64,000 bases of DNA from Antedon mediterranea. Its lineage: Eukaryota > Animalia > Echinodermata. The stretch spans positions 10,168,001-10,232,000 of the forward strand of contig NC_092680.1 in assembly GCF_964355755.1 (NCBI RefSeq), in the 5' to 3' direction. Positions 1 through 13,400 of this stretch are shown here, piece after piece. Positions within the stretch are counted from its first letter, which is position 1; every line of letters begins with the position of its first letter. The translations under genes and the position numbers were made by a program. Below the pieces are notes generated by a model. That model was not told the origin of the DNA. It made no database searches and saw nothing but the letters and a program-made list of their open reading frames with translations.

Positions 1-1172
1 CCCATGTCATTCTCCTGTATAGGAAAAACAAAATCTGGTGTCTAAACACATTTCAATCTTGTTTTTATGTGAGTTATATTATTATAGATTTTGTTCTGAA
101 TTTGAATATGCAATGTTGCAATCTGTGCACATAATAATCGTTCAATATCTACCAGTATTCAAGTAATGTTAAAAATAAAAAGTAAAATTTCACAGAAGAA
201 GAAAATACGTTTTGTTTTATACGATTACCAATACTTCATTAGGTCTAAACATAATTTCAGTTGTATAATTGTTTTTTTTATATTATTTTTTTTTTATCTA
301 TCCAGGTCCACATAAAATTACTAATACAGTAATTTACTCATTTGGAAGAAAAATCAAGTTATTATCTATGCAAGAGGGGCAGCGAATAATCTGTAACTTC
401 AACCCATGTCATTCTCCTGTATAGGAGAAACAATATCTGGTGAGTAAACACATTTTAATCTTGTTTTTATGTGAGTTATATTATTATAAATATTGTTCTA
501 AATTTGAATATGCAATGTTGCAATCTGTGCACATAATAATCGTTCAATATCTACCAGTATTCAAGTAATGTTAAAAATAAAAAGTTACATTTTACAGAAG
601 AAGAAAATACGTTTTATTTTATACGATTACAAATACTTCATCTATCCAGGTCCACTTGAAATTACTAATACAGCAATTTATTTCTTTAAAAGAATAATCA
701 ATTTATTTTGTTTGGTTTTTAGGTATTTAATGGAATGGTTTCATAACTTCAATTATAATGGGATCCGGATTTTTAGGCAGTCAGTAATGCAGTCATTCGC
801 TCTTTCATAGTAATTGCCTAAACGCGGCAAATGATTCAATTATGAATTATAATAATGATTGTTAAAAAATAAGAATCTTCTCTAAATAAATCAATAAATA
901 TGCGTTTAATGAATCCACAACTAACAAATTAACATGTATATAGTGTAGGAAGTAAAATTACTGATCACCAAATAAACTACTGTATAGTATAAACAGCCTA
1001 CTATAATTTTGAAAATTGTGTGCAATTTCCAATAACCAATGAAAGCTTTTATAAACACACACATAAATACATACATTTCATACTTATTATTTGTTTGAAA
1101 TAAAAAAATATTTTTAACAGTTATGGTGTGATTATATTAGTTTTATCAGAACTATTATATCTATTGGAGCAA
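1..1172 (+). mobile_element. 3' non-coding arm of a second (upstream) copy of the Helentron, running off the window start
   Basis: 1-1172 is a close but non-identical match to 20043-21262, just downstream of the RepHel stop. Both begin cccatgtcattctcctgtatagga and end tctattggagcaa, and both contain the same ~400-bp internal duplication (starts 1/403 vs 20043/20441). Confidence 0.85.
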
Positions 1173-1920
1173 TTGAAACTCCATTAGATCAAAACACAGA
1201 GCAGAGGAAACAAGAAATTGTTATTATTATTCATACATTCTGTAACTGGTTGTACTGTCGATATTATGGTGTATAGCAGAACTGTGTTTGATGTTATCAA
1301 AAAGAAACATAAAGGCATGTCCAATTTCGAAAAGTAATTCATCTCAACGAGAACATAATAAATTTAATTTAAAAAGAAAATTTGCCACTACGACTGAGAT
1401 ACGCAATATGTTGAAGTGATAAATTATGACAAAAATACATGAAAATTCTACCTTTCCAATTACCTTTTCAATTACTGGCCATAGCATCATCTGATAGCAT
1501 GACCCATAGAATGACCTCACAGCATCCAATAGGAAAATTTGTCTGAGCAACAACATGTTCACATTTTGAGGAAATTCAGGCACGTGAAAGTGAGAGGCGC
1601 GGTCTTTTAAAACCGATGAACTTTTACTGAATTGTGTCTATTTTGTTTCATACGTCTAGTATATACTTATATACAGTGAAGCACAGAAACAATTACGAGA
1701 CCCATATTTTATTAAAAATTTTTAAATGATGACGTCATAAAAATTAATCATGAAGATAACAATTTAAAAGCATAGATATCTAAATAATTACATTCTAAAA
1801 AGGTAAAGAATTTTGGCCACGTAAAATTAAGACGCTCGTTTTTTCAAACACGACACGGCAGAATTAGAGATACGCTGCGAATAAAACTGGTGGAAAGAAA
1901 GAAGAATATAGAAAAAAAAA

Positions 1921-4233
1921 TATTTGAACTCCTCACTATCAACGAGTTAGGTTATCTGCCGCCGCGTAAACGCTACGTGCACATCATACGTTAGAATATT
2001 GCGCACAGAAAAACAATTATGCCATTGACACAGTTTTAGAGTGCTCTCTATTTTGTGTCACGTCTAAGTATATACAATATACACTATATACTATATACGT
2101 ACTACATACAGTGTAGAATAGGTGAAAATAAGTGACCAAAGTTATTGACGCTTTTGCACATGATGACGTCATAAAAATTGTAAAATTGTTAATCATGCGA
2201 AAGATAATTGATTGACCTAGACAATATAAAAAAATTGAGGGAAATGGAATACGGATAAGTAGAGATGCGCTCTATTAAATTTGACGAGCTATGACGAAAG
2301 AGAAAAAAATCCTATATTTCATATTCGAGTGGCCAAACTATGACGTCACAATGTCCAGTTAGCCATATCGATGCATGATTCGAAATCTACAACTAATCAA
2401 CTTCCAGAATATGTAATTTTAAAAAAGTTCACTACGTAGTTTAGAATCTATGACTTTTTTAAAAAAGGCATAATTTTCACGAATTTTTGAACTTTTTCAT
2501 CAAAAACGCGCGCAAATTGTTCAATTCTACGTGCTCGTATGACGTGATTTTAATTCGAAATTGATTGAAAATTGGTAAATTTACTAGAAAAGGCTGGAAA
2601 AACAAAAATCAAGCAAAAAAAAGATGTTTTTGCGCTACGTGCGCACGCGCGCGTAAGAAAAGTGCGCACGCGTGGGAATTTTTGAAATGCTCAAAATGAC
2701 ATGAAACGCGTAGAAAGTTGATTAGAAATTGATTTTTCGCATTTTGAAATTTTAAACGCGCGTGCGCGCGTCACTTTCTGTTAAACATGCAATTTTCTCT
2801 CCATACAAATTTAGCGCATGATATAAATTAAACTTTTGCCAAGTTTCAATTTAAATGGTTTAATAGTTTTCGATCTAAATTAAATACTCGAAATTCATAA
2901 AATCGCGCGTAACTTACGCTGCGCAACTCGGACGGTACCGAAAACCTTATTACGACATCTTCAGATAGAGGTCAATCTTTTGATAAAATTATACAATGTT
3001 ATTTTGAGAAGATTTAGAGATACACGCGCAACAAAATTCTGGGAAAGAAAGAAGAATAAGAAAGAAAAAACTAGATTTGAACTCGTCACTACGGACGAGT
3101 TAGGTTATCCGCCTCGCAAAACCCACGCGCATGACACCAAAGTTAGAATATTGCGCGCAGAAAAACGATTATGCCATTGAAAAAATGTTAGTGAGCCCTC
3201 TATTTTGTGTCGCGTCTAAGTGTGTACGGTATACACTATATACTGTATACGTACTACATACAGTGCAGAATAGGTGAAAATAAGTGACCAAAGTTATTGA
3301 CGCATTTGAACATGATGACGTCATCACAATTTAAAAAATGGTAGATTATGCGAAAGATAATTGATTGGCCTAGACAATATAACAAAATGGTGAGAAATGG
3401 AATACGGATAAGTGGAGATGCGCTCTATTAAATGTGATGAGCTATGCGAAAGAGAGAAAAATCCTATATTTTATATTCGAGTGGCCATACGATGACGTCA
3501 CAATGTCCGGTTAGCCATATCGATGCATGATTTGTTATCTACAACTCATCTACTTCCGGAATCTGAAATTTTAAAAAAGTTCCCCACGGAGTTTAGAATC
3601 TATGACTGTTTTAAAAAAGGCATAATTTTGACAAATTTTTGAACTTTTTCATAAAAAACGCGCGCAAATTGTTCAATTCTACGTGCTCGTATGACGTGAT
3701 TTTAAGTCGAAATTGATTGAAAATTGGTAAATTTACTAGAAAAGGCTGAAAAAACAAAAATCAATCAAAAAATTTATGTTTTTGCGCTAAGTGCGCACGC
3801 GCGCGTAAAAAAATTGCGCACGCGTGGGAATTTTTGAAATGTTCAAAATGACCTGAAACGCGTAGAAAGTTGATTAGAAATTAATTTTACAAATTTTGAA
3901 ATTTTAAATGCGCGTGCGCGCGTAACTTTATGTGAAACATGCCATTTTTAATCCATAGAAAGTTTGCGCATGATATGACTTAAATTTTCACCGAGTTTCA
4001 ATACAAAATGACTTTTAGTTTTTAATCTATGATCAATCATTGAAATTCATATAATTGCGCGTAACTTACGCTGCGCGTCTCGAAATTCGAAAAAAAAAAT
4101 GTCATGCACATCTACAGATCCAGGCAAATCTTATAACAAAGTTATAGAATTATATGTTGGCTAGAATTAGAGATACGCTGCGAACAAAATTCGTGGAAAG
4201 AAAGAAGAATAAAGAAAAAAAAAAAAAAAAAAA
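1921..4233. mobile_element. Two tandem ~1.15-kb non-autonomous Helentron-associated (HINE/DINE-like) units
   Basis: Units start at 1921 (degenerate) and 3071 with ctagatttg-AACTCGTC-actacg-GACGAGTT-aggttatccgc. Bodies are homologous to the units at 22260-30667. Confidence 0.85.
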
Positions 4234-5169
4234 CTAGATTTGAACTCGTCACTACGGACGAGTTAGGTTATCCGCAGCGCACGTCATACGTTAGAATATT
4301 GCGCACAGAAAAACGATTATGCCATCCATTGAAAAAATGTTTATGCGCTCTCTACTTTTATGGTGAAAGTGTGGTGAATTGTGTCTGGCCTACAGCATTT
4401 ATGTTACTTTTGGCGACGATTGCGTGCCATATTAGTAAAGAACAACGTGGTTACACCTCCATGTTGGATTTGTAATATTATAGCCTAGTATTGCTCCCGA
4501 TATTGCTTTGCAATTTTATATTGTTAAAACGAACATATAGCCTATATTAAAAAAGTTTAAACACAATTGTGTTAAATATAATAGTTAGAAATAGGTAAGA
4601 TATATTTTGATTAATTTGGATTGTTGATTTGTAATATTTAATTGTTTTTGTGTTTGCCATCAAAATGAAATGGCCTAGCCTAGGCCCTAGGCTAGGCCTA
4701 GCTAGGTTAGGCCTAGCCGTGTCCCGGATTACCTCTTCAGGAAGGCCTAGACCTAGCCTAGGTTTAGTTGTACAGTACTGTAGTAGAGGCATAGTGACGC
4801 TAGCCTAGTTCCATTTTGCATCTGGCTTATAACTATATATTAATTCCTAATTTGTTAACAAACTTTATCTTGAATACCATGCCTTAAAATTAAATACCGG
4901 TATAATATAGCCTACTCTACTTAGCATTGTTAGCAAGCTGAGTCTGCTTTTTGCGAAGTTCTCTTCTATGCCTACTACTAGCCTAGGCCTCCTAGCTAGG
5001 GGCTAGGCCTAGTTTTTAGTTGTATCAGTTCCTAAAGAGTTGGAAGAGATACATGTACAGTAATAACATTATTGTTTCTACAGTACTTCATAATCTCTAG
5101 AATATCGTAAATAGTGAACATAAAATAAATAATTTGTAGAGATGATTTATGGTCTCATGATTGGGAGTG

Positions 5170-8100
5170 AAGTGTTGCCTGTTATTTTGTAGGCATTTAT
5201 ACTATTATGAAACATTTACATAATTCAAATTTTATTGTTTGTGATCAAACTATTAAATGAAATTACCATTGAGACAACATGTCGGCCCCAATTAGCTGGC
5301 CCATAGCCAAAGTCATTTTAAGGAAATTTCCTAATTTTTCAGACATTGATTAAGAAGTTTGTTGATTTGGAAAAAGTGTTAATGTTGTTTATTGCCATTA
5401 TCAATGTTTTTCCTTGTATTTTTTAGATTGTAATTGTTTTTTATTAACAGAAGATTTACAGTTTCAGCTACAGCTGTGAGTATTAGTAGGGCAATTCCAC
5501 AATTTTTTTTTTGGATTTTGAAAATTTTTAACTTTTAGCAGTCTTAACATGTTTGATATCAAACTAAAGCTAATGTTATATACTTTCAGGATATTTAAGT
5601 GGTAAAAAAAAAATGAGATATATACAGACATATTTCCATTTAAAATAATGATATTTAGAAAACTTAAAAAATAAAACAATATGAGGTTTACTTAAATCCT
5701 ATAACAGACAACTAAATCCTAATTTATACATGTCATTTCTTTTTAGAATTAAAGAACTAAATATATTGTTTGAGATTTTGTTTAAAAAAATTGAATTAAT
5801 CAACATAGAAATATTAAGGAGGGGCCAACATAATTATTAATAATTTTGTCGGGTTGTTACCAAAAAACATTTTTTTAATTTAAGAACCATGTACCTTCTA
5901 GACAATTATAATATTTTCCAAACTATTAAAAATTATAGCTTTACATACACTCATAAGGTTACTTTTTTTTAAAACCTTATTTTTACATTTTTATATGATA
6001 TTAAAAAGTGTCTGGTTGTTACCGAGTTAGTCACAGACTGACATGTCAGTCTGTGACCAGTGTTATTACAGTAAGCTAAACCAGCATTTTTACATTAAAA
6101 TTTATTTCAATATGCTTTAAAATCAATAATCAAAATATATAGTATATAGTTTAAAAAAATTGAATTAATCAACATAGAAATATTAGAGAGGGGCCAACAT
6201 TTATTAATGATTTTGTCGGATTGTTACCGAAAAACAACATTTATTTTTAAATTTAAGAACCATGCACCTTCTTGACAATTATAATATTTTCCAAACTATT
6301 AAAAATTATAGTTTTACATATACTCATGAAAAAAATGTTAATGTTGTTTATTGCCATTATCAATGTTTTTCCTTGTTTTTTTTAGATTGTAGAAAATATA
6401 CAGTTTGAGCTACAGCTGTGAGTATTAGTAGATTATCTGTTAAACAGAGAAAACATATTTTCCTTACTTTGTGAACTGTTGCCTGCCCTAATCAGCCGTT
6501 TCATACCCAAAGACATTTTGAGGAAATTTCTTAATTTTTCAGACATTGATTAAGAAGCGTGTTGATTTGGAAAAAGTGTTAATGTTTATTACAATTATCA
6601 ATGTTTTTCCTTGTTTTTTTTTAGATTGTAGAAAATATAGAGTTTCAGCTAAAACTGTGAGTATCAGTAGATTATCTGTTAAACGGAGAAAACATATTTT
6701 CCTTACTTTGTGAAATGTTGCCTGCCCTAATCAGCCGTCTCATACCCAAAGTCATTTTGAGGAAATTTCTTAATTTTTCAGACATTGAATAGGAAGCTTG
6801 TTGATTTGGAAAAAGTGTTAATGTTGTGTATTACCATTATCAATGTTTTTCCTTGTTTTTTTTTTAGATTGTAGAAAATATACAGTTTGAGCTACAGCTG
6901 TGAGTATTAGTAGATTATCTGTTAAACGGAGAAAACATATTTTTCTTACTTTGTGAACTGTTGCCTGTTATTTTGTAGACATTTTGTATTATGAAACATT
7001 TACATAATTCAGATTTTATTGTTTGTGAATAAGATATTAAATGAAAGTAGTATTGAGACAACATTTAGACCCCAATCAGCCGGCCCATACCCAAAGTTAT
7101 TTTGAGGAAATTTCTTAATTTTTCAGACATTGATTAAGAAGCTTGTTGATTTGGAAAAAGTGTTAATGTTGTTTATTACCATTATCAATGTTTTTCCTTG
7201 TTTTTTTTTTAGATTGTAGAAAATATACAGTTTCAGCTACAGCTGTGAGTATCAGTAGATTATCTGTTAAACGGAGAAAACATATTTTCTTTACTTTGTG
7301 AACTGTTGCCTGCCCTAATCAGCCGTCTCATACCCAAAGTCATTTTGAGGAAATTTCTTAATTTTTCAGACATTGATTAAGAAGCGTGTTGATTTGGAAA
7401 AAGTGTTAATGTTGTTTATTACCATTATCAATGTTTTTCCTTTTTTTTTAGATTGTAGAAAATATACAGTTTGAGCTACAGCTGTGAGTATCAGTAGATT
7501 ATCTGTTAAACGGAGAAAACATATTTTCCTTACTTTGTGAACTGTTGCCTGCCCTAATCAGCCGTCTCATACCCAAAGTCATTTTGAGGAAATTTCTTAA
7601 TTTTTCAGACATTGATTAAGAAGCGTGTTGATTTGGAAAAAGTGTTAATGTTGTTTATTACAATTATCAATGTTTTTCCTTGTATTTTTTTAGATTATAG
7701 AAAATATACAGTTTGAGCTACAGCTGTGAGTATTAGTAGATTATCTGTTAAACGGAGAAAACATATTTTTCTTACTTTGTGAACTATTGCCGGTTATTTT
7801 GTAGACATTTTGTATTATGAAACATTTACATAATTCAGATTTTATTGTTTGTAATCAAACAATTAAATGAAATTACCATTGAGACAACATGTAGGCCACA
7901 ATCAGCCGGCCCATATCCAAAGCCATTTTGAGGAAATTTCCTACATTTTTCAGACATTGATTAAGAAGCATGTTGATTTGGAAAAAGTGTTAATGTTGTT
8001 TATTGCCATTATCAATGTTTTTCCTTGTTTTTTTTTTAGATTGTAGAAAATAAACAGTTTGAGCTACAGCTGTGAGTATTAGTAGATTATCTGTTAAACA

Positions 8101-8812
8101 GAGAAAACATATTTTCCTTACTTTGTGAACTGTTGCCTGTTATTTTGTAGGCATTTTATATTATGAAACATTTAAATAATTCAGATTTTATGGTTTGTGA
8201 ATGAGATATTAAATGAAAGTAGTATTGAGACAACATGTAGACCCCAATCAGCCGGCCCATACCCAAAGTCATTTTGAGGAAATTTCCTAATTTTTCAGAC
8301 ATTGATTAAGAAGCATGTTGATTTAGCAAAAGGGTTAATGTTGTTTATTGCCATTATCAATGTTTTCCTTGTTTTTTTTAGATTGTAGAAAATATACAGT
8401 GTTAGCTACAGCTGTGAGTATTAGTAGATTAACTGTTAAATGGAGAAAACATATTTTCCTTACTTCGTGAACAGTTGCCTGTCATTTTGTAGGCATTTTC
8501 TATTATGAAACATTTACATAATTCAGATTTTATTGTTTGTGAATAAATTATTAAATGAAATTAGTATTAAGACAACATGTATACCCCAATCAACCGGCCC
8601 ATACCTAAAGTCATTTTGAGGAAATTTCTTACTTTTTCGATTAAGAAGCATGTTGATTTTGAAAAAGTGTTAATGTTGTTTATTGCAATTATTAATGATT
8701 TTCCTTTTATATTTTAGATTGTAGTTGTACAGAAAATATACAGTATCAGTTACAGCTGTGAGTATTAGAAAATTATTTGTAAAACGGAAAAAACATATTT
8801 TCCTTACTTTAT
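5170..8812. repeat. Tandem array of ~240-bp and ~345-bp related units inside the Helentron 5' arm
   Basis: Anchor cagacattgattaagaag...gatttggaaaaagtgttaatg recurs at ~5340, 6540, 6780, 7125, 7368, 7607, 7951, 8296 and 8640 (degenerate). Spacings from 6540 onward are ~240 or ~345 bp. Confidence 0.9.
6030..6057. repeat. Perfect 28-bp palindrome
   Basis: gtcacagactgaca|tgtcagtctgtgac, no spacer. Confidence 0.95.
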
Positions 8813-9640
8813 GCCCTCCCTTAATTGATAAACATGTGTTGTCTGTAAATTTACAATACTGAGTGACCAAATATTTTTGTGTATAAAATTCTGTTATATT
8901 AGAACATTGAATAATTAAACCTATTTTCAGATTATATGTTTATACTAGGACTTTATTGAATATTACAATATAACAATTTATGTGAATTATCATTTGATAC
9001 AAGTGTTTGATTAAAAGCAACAAAAATACAAGTTGATTTCGTAGAAGTTGAAAAATTGTGAAGGTGAAATTGTTATGAAAGAATTTGTTTCCGACACATT
9101 CCATGTAATGAAGTTTTGACATATTTTTAGGTCAAAATATCTTCTATAGTGATTTATTTATATTGTATAAACCAAAGTCACAAATATATTATCATAATTT
9201 ACTTCAAAATTTGGGACAATCATCCTTTTTAACATAAATGTGGTGGTCAGTTTCTCCAGACACAAACTTGCAATTTTATAAAATGGGTCTATCCTGAATT
9301 TAGTAGTGAGTTGGTCCTAATTTGTTTTGCTAGGCCCAATAGATCATGTTACATTCCACAAGGGGGATGTGTATATTATAAATTGAATCAGTAGATAAAT
9401 CAGTGTTTTTACAAATTCTTAGTACTGTACAGTGTATCTTAAAATTAATAACTAATTCTTTTTTTTTTCTTTTATTGTAGGTGACTGTCTTATATAAACC
9501 CACTGGATCTCAGAAGAGATCCGGGTCTTTAGAAAAAGATCCACTCTCCAAAGAGAGTTTCTACGAGGGGTTACCGAATTTTAATATATGCACAATTTCT
9601 TTTTAAACATTTTTTAAAAGTATCTTTGAAACATTCAATA

Positions 9641-9910
9641 AAACCTTGAAGTAAACAGAAGTTTATCACAAGGAAAAACTAATAAACAAAAGTTTATTAC
9701 AAACCATTTTTGCAAAAGCAAAAGTGTAAAACCTTGAAGATAACAAAAGTTAATCACAAGGAAACAACTAATAAACAAAAGTTTATTACAAAACCATTTT
9801 TGCAAAAGCAAAAGTGTAAAACCTTGAAGATAACAGAAGTTAATCACAAGGAAACAACTAATAAACAAAAGTTTATTACAAAACCATTTTTGCAAAAGCA
9901 AAAGTGTAAA
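9641..9910. repeat. 90-bp tandem repeat, ~3 copies
   Basis: aaaccttgaag...aataaacaaaagtttattacaaaaccatttttgcaaaagcaaaagtgtaa repeats with a ~90-bp period. Confidence 0.9.
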
Positions 9911-10481
9911 GTTAAAGTTTGATTATACAAACAAAAGTTTGAAGAATAAAACAGAAGCTTATTATAAAGAAATAAATATTAAACAGAGTTTATTACAAAA
10001 GAATTAATTAAAGAAGATTTAAAGGTCACTTTTATTTGAATCTGTTATTAAGTAGAATTGTAAAAAGAATAAAAATTAGAATCTGAAACTATTTAGCATA
10101 ACCAAGTATTAAAGAGAAGTTTAAAATAATATTTATAATAATATTAAATAGTATTTCATCAAGCCAATATTAAGCAGAAGCTAATTTTTATATTCAGTGA
10201 AATTGTATAATTGAACTATTGAAAAAAAAGCAGACAAAAAAAAAATATATTAAAAGAAAAAAAATTAGGACAAAAATTAAAAATCATAGAAACAAAAGAC
10301 AATATAAAATTGACTTGTTTTTGGAATTTTAATAATTTATTTTGTTTTAGCAAGGATTTCTTGAATTGATAAAAAGAACCTAATTGTAATATTCATTGGA
10401 ATTGCAGAATACATTTTAATTTAATTTGTAAACAAAGTTTATTAATTTGAAGAAACTTGTTTCTTATACAAATTTTGAATA

Positions 10482-13400
10482 ATGGATATGGAATTCATAG
10501 CAGTAGTTGGTATCTTTTTGTTGATTATCTTTACAATGATAATTTATTTGTGTAAGAATGTGAATAAAGAAGTTACAAGTAAAAAGCAGATTTTTGTCAA
10601 TACAACTGGTAATGTTAATAATGGAGTTATGGATAAGACAGCAGAATTTAAAATAGTTGTTAATGACATCTTGGACCTACTTGATGAATGCTGTTCAACT
10701 GAGAATGTCAAAGACGACAGAAATGATGATACAGGTAATGTCAATTGTGAATTTATGAAAGATACAACTGAATTTAAAGGAATAATTGATGATATCATAA
10801 ACATATTATCTTATAGTACAGAGGTCACTTCAGAGTTTGATGATACATGCATTTTCTGTAATATTGAAGTGAAAGTAGACGACAATTGCATAACATGTGA
10901 CCGTTGTAGTCAAAATTTTCATGTGAAATGTGTAAGAGATGTGTTTGAAGACAAACTATGTAATTCCCGGGTAATTTGGATTTGTTCAATGTGTGGGAAT
11001 AGTAATTTTGTTGATAACATGTTGGGTGAAATAGGTATTCCCTGTCATTTCAATAGATATACGATTCTAGAACCTGATGAATTTGTCACTTCAAACTTTC
11101 CAGACTTAACGAAAAATAAAGAAAAACGTTGTAATAATGCAAAATTAAAATGTCAACAAACAGGAAGTGAAGATTTACTTGGTAGTGATTGGATGAGAGT
11201 AAGATCAAAGAAAAGAACCGACAACAGAAAAAAAAGATGTAAAAATAGAGGAAATAAGAAAAGGAGAAAGCGCGTTATAAATGGTATAAGTATAGAACCA
11301 GGTGTAAAATATATTGGCAAAGGTGTAAAAGATTTCTATGAAAGACGAAATAATAACAAAATGGAATGGAATACAAATACTTGCAGAGAATACAACAAAG
11401 AAAATGGTAAAACGAATGTATTGGGAAATTCACAAACAATAATTGACGACAGTGGTAGGCCTATGTGTGATGTTTTGAAAAATACCAAAGTAACAAACGG
11501 AATACAACAACAATCAGGTGGTGGTTCGAAACGTTTACGAAATAACAAGGGTCGTTTTGTCAAAACTAAGAAGATTGATAACAAAAAAGCACAAGGTAAT
11601 GTGAATTTAAAGAATGATTGCGATACTATTACTATGAAAGATATAAAGAACATGGGTAATAATGACAATTCTGAAACGAAAACTGACGAGGATTTTAAAA
11701 TGGAATGTACTGTAGAAAACGACAACACAGCGACTGACGATGCGAAAGCACAAAATAATAGCAAAATGAATGACAGAAGTAGAATAATTGATAGTAATTG
11801 TACAGATCATAAAAATCAAACATGTGCAAGTTGTGAATTTGAGGAAAATGAAGTATTGATAATTGATGACGGATGCAAAAAAGCAGTGACTGAAAAAATT
11901 AGCTCCCATACTAAACCTAAATGTGACCAACATACAATCGATGTGGATATTGAAGTTTTAACAAAAAATAATTTTTCGGAAGAATTGATAATCGATGATG
12001 TACCAAAACAAAAAAATACACGAAAAAGGCAGAAAACACAATCAATAACTGAATTACAAGTATATAATAGTAATGAAAATATAACTGTAGCACAGGGTAA
12101 TTTTAATCAAGGGAATTATAGATTTGGCTTTGCAAGTGGTAAACAGTGTGTTGCAAATAGTCTTGTAGCTATTCTTTATTCTACAAAGAGGAATGGAAAT
12201 GAATTTTACACCAAAGACCTTGATACAATATTGAATCTTGGAAACGAGTTGTACCGTTACATTCAGAAAGATTCCACTATGCACGAGGACCTTTTAATGA
12301 TTTCTGAACTGCCGAAAGAATTGGATATCTTGGATAACACATTTGTAATATCTCCCAAAGAATCAGTTTTTGGCATAATAGATGGAAATCTCGAATTTAT
12401 GGCTGAATATGGAGCCTTGTCATTAAACCAAGCTCTTGAACAAGAATTACACCAACATGATGCATTTTTTATGAATTTCAACAGAAGCACATTTTCTATT
12501 ATCAAACGTGTAAATGGATTTCTTATATTTGATCCACATGCAAGAGATCGATTTGGTTGTGTTAGTGAACATGGAAAGAGTATTTTACTTTACAGTCCAT
12601 TTTGGCAAGGTGTGTACGATTATTGTATAAGATTAGCAAGGTCAATGAACTGTAATTTACATGAAACCGAGTTTGAACTGACTGGTGTAAATATTGAAAA
12701 TAAGTCTATGATGTTATGTTCCGCTTCTGTGCTCGATGATAATTGTGAACAAAGAAACTTGGGAAACGTCGATGTTGATGAACCTAGTACGTCTTATCAG
12801 TATAAATGTAGTACAAGATTACCAGACAAGAATATTGATTCTAACGTTAAAGGCAAAAAACATAATAAAGAAGGTCATGTCTCATCAAGTAATGGATGGC
12901 AAAGTGATAGTGATATTGAAATTGTTAATGTTCAGTATGGAGAAAGACCTGACAAGAATTTTAAATTTATTCCTATCTCAGAAGCACAAAAGAAAAACAT
13001 GTGTAATGAAGTAGGCATTCATTGTGAACATACCGATATGAATTGTGGTATTAACAGAGCTAGTCAGATTGGACATCCTCTTCAAATTACGAATATTACA
13101 GGTGATGGTAATTGTTTTTATCGTGCAATTTCATACATTATTTCTGGTACTGAAGATAATCATTTTCTTTTAAGAAGAGCAATTACTAATCATTTATTGG
13201 AGACTGGAGACTTGTTTATTAATACATTTAGTCACGAATATAGATCAGTTAAGGAATATGTGTTAAAAAAAAGAGTTATGGATAATGGAACGTGGGCATC
13301 CAATACTGAAATAAGTGCAATGGCAAACTTGCTTAATACAGATATTTATTCATTTAATGATCATTTTTTGACGTGGCAATTGTTTTCTGCTAAAAAGCCG

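Larger units (their letters stand above)
4595..9480 (+). other. Candidate 5'-UTR intron of the Helentron transcript
   Basis: Consensus donor AG|GTAAGA at 4595, followed by a TAGGCCTA-rich tract (4670-5010). Strong acceptor (long pyrimidine tract + ttgtag|G) ends at 9480; a further acceptor-like tttgttttag ends at 10350. No transcript evidence. Confidence 0.35.

Noticed and set aside
9635-9922. 88-aa and 70-aa ORFs
   Set aside because: Products of the 90-bp tandem repeat.
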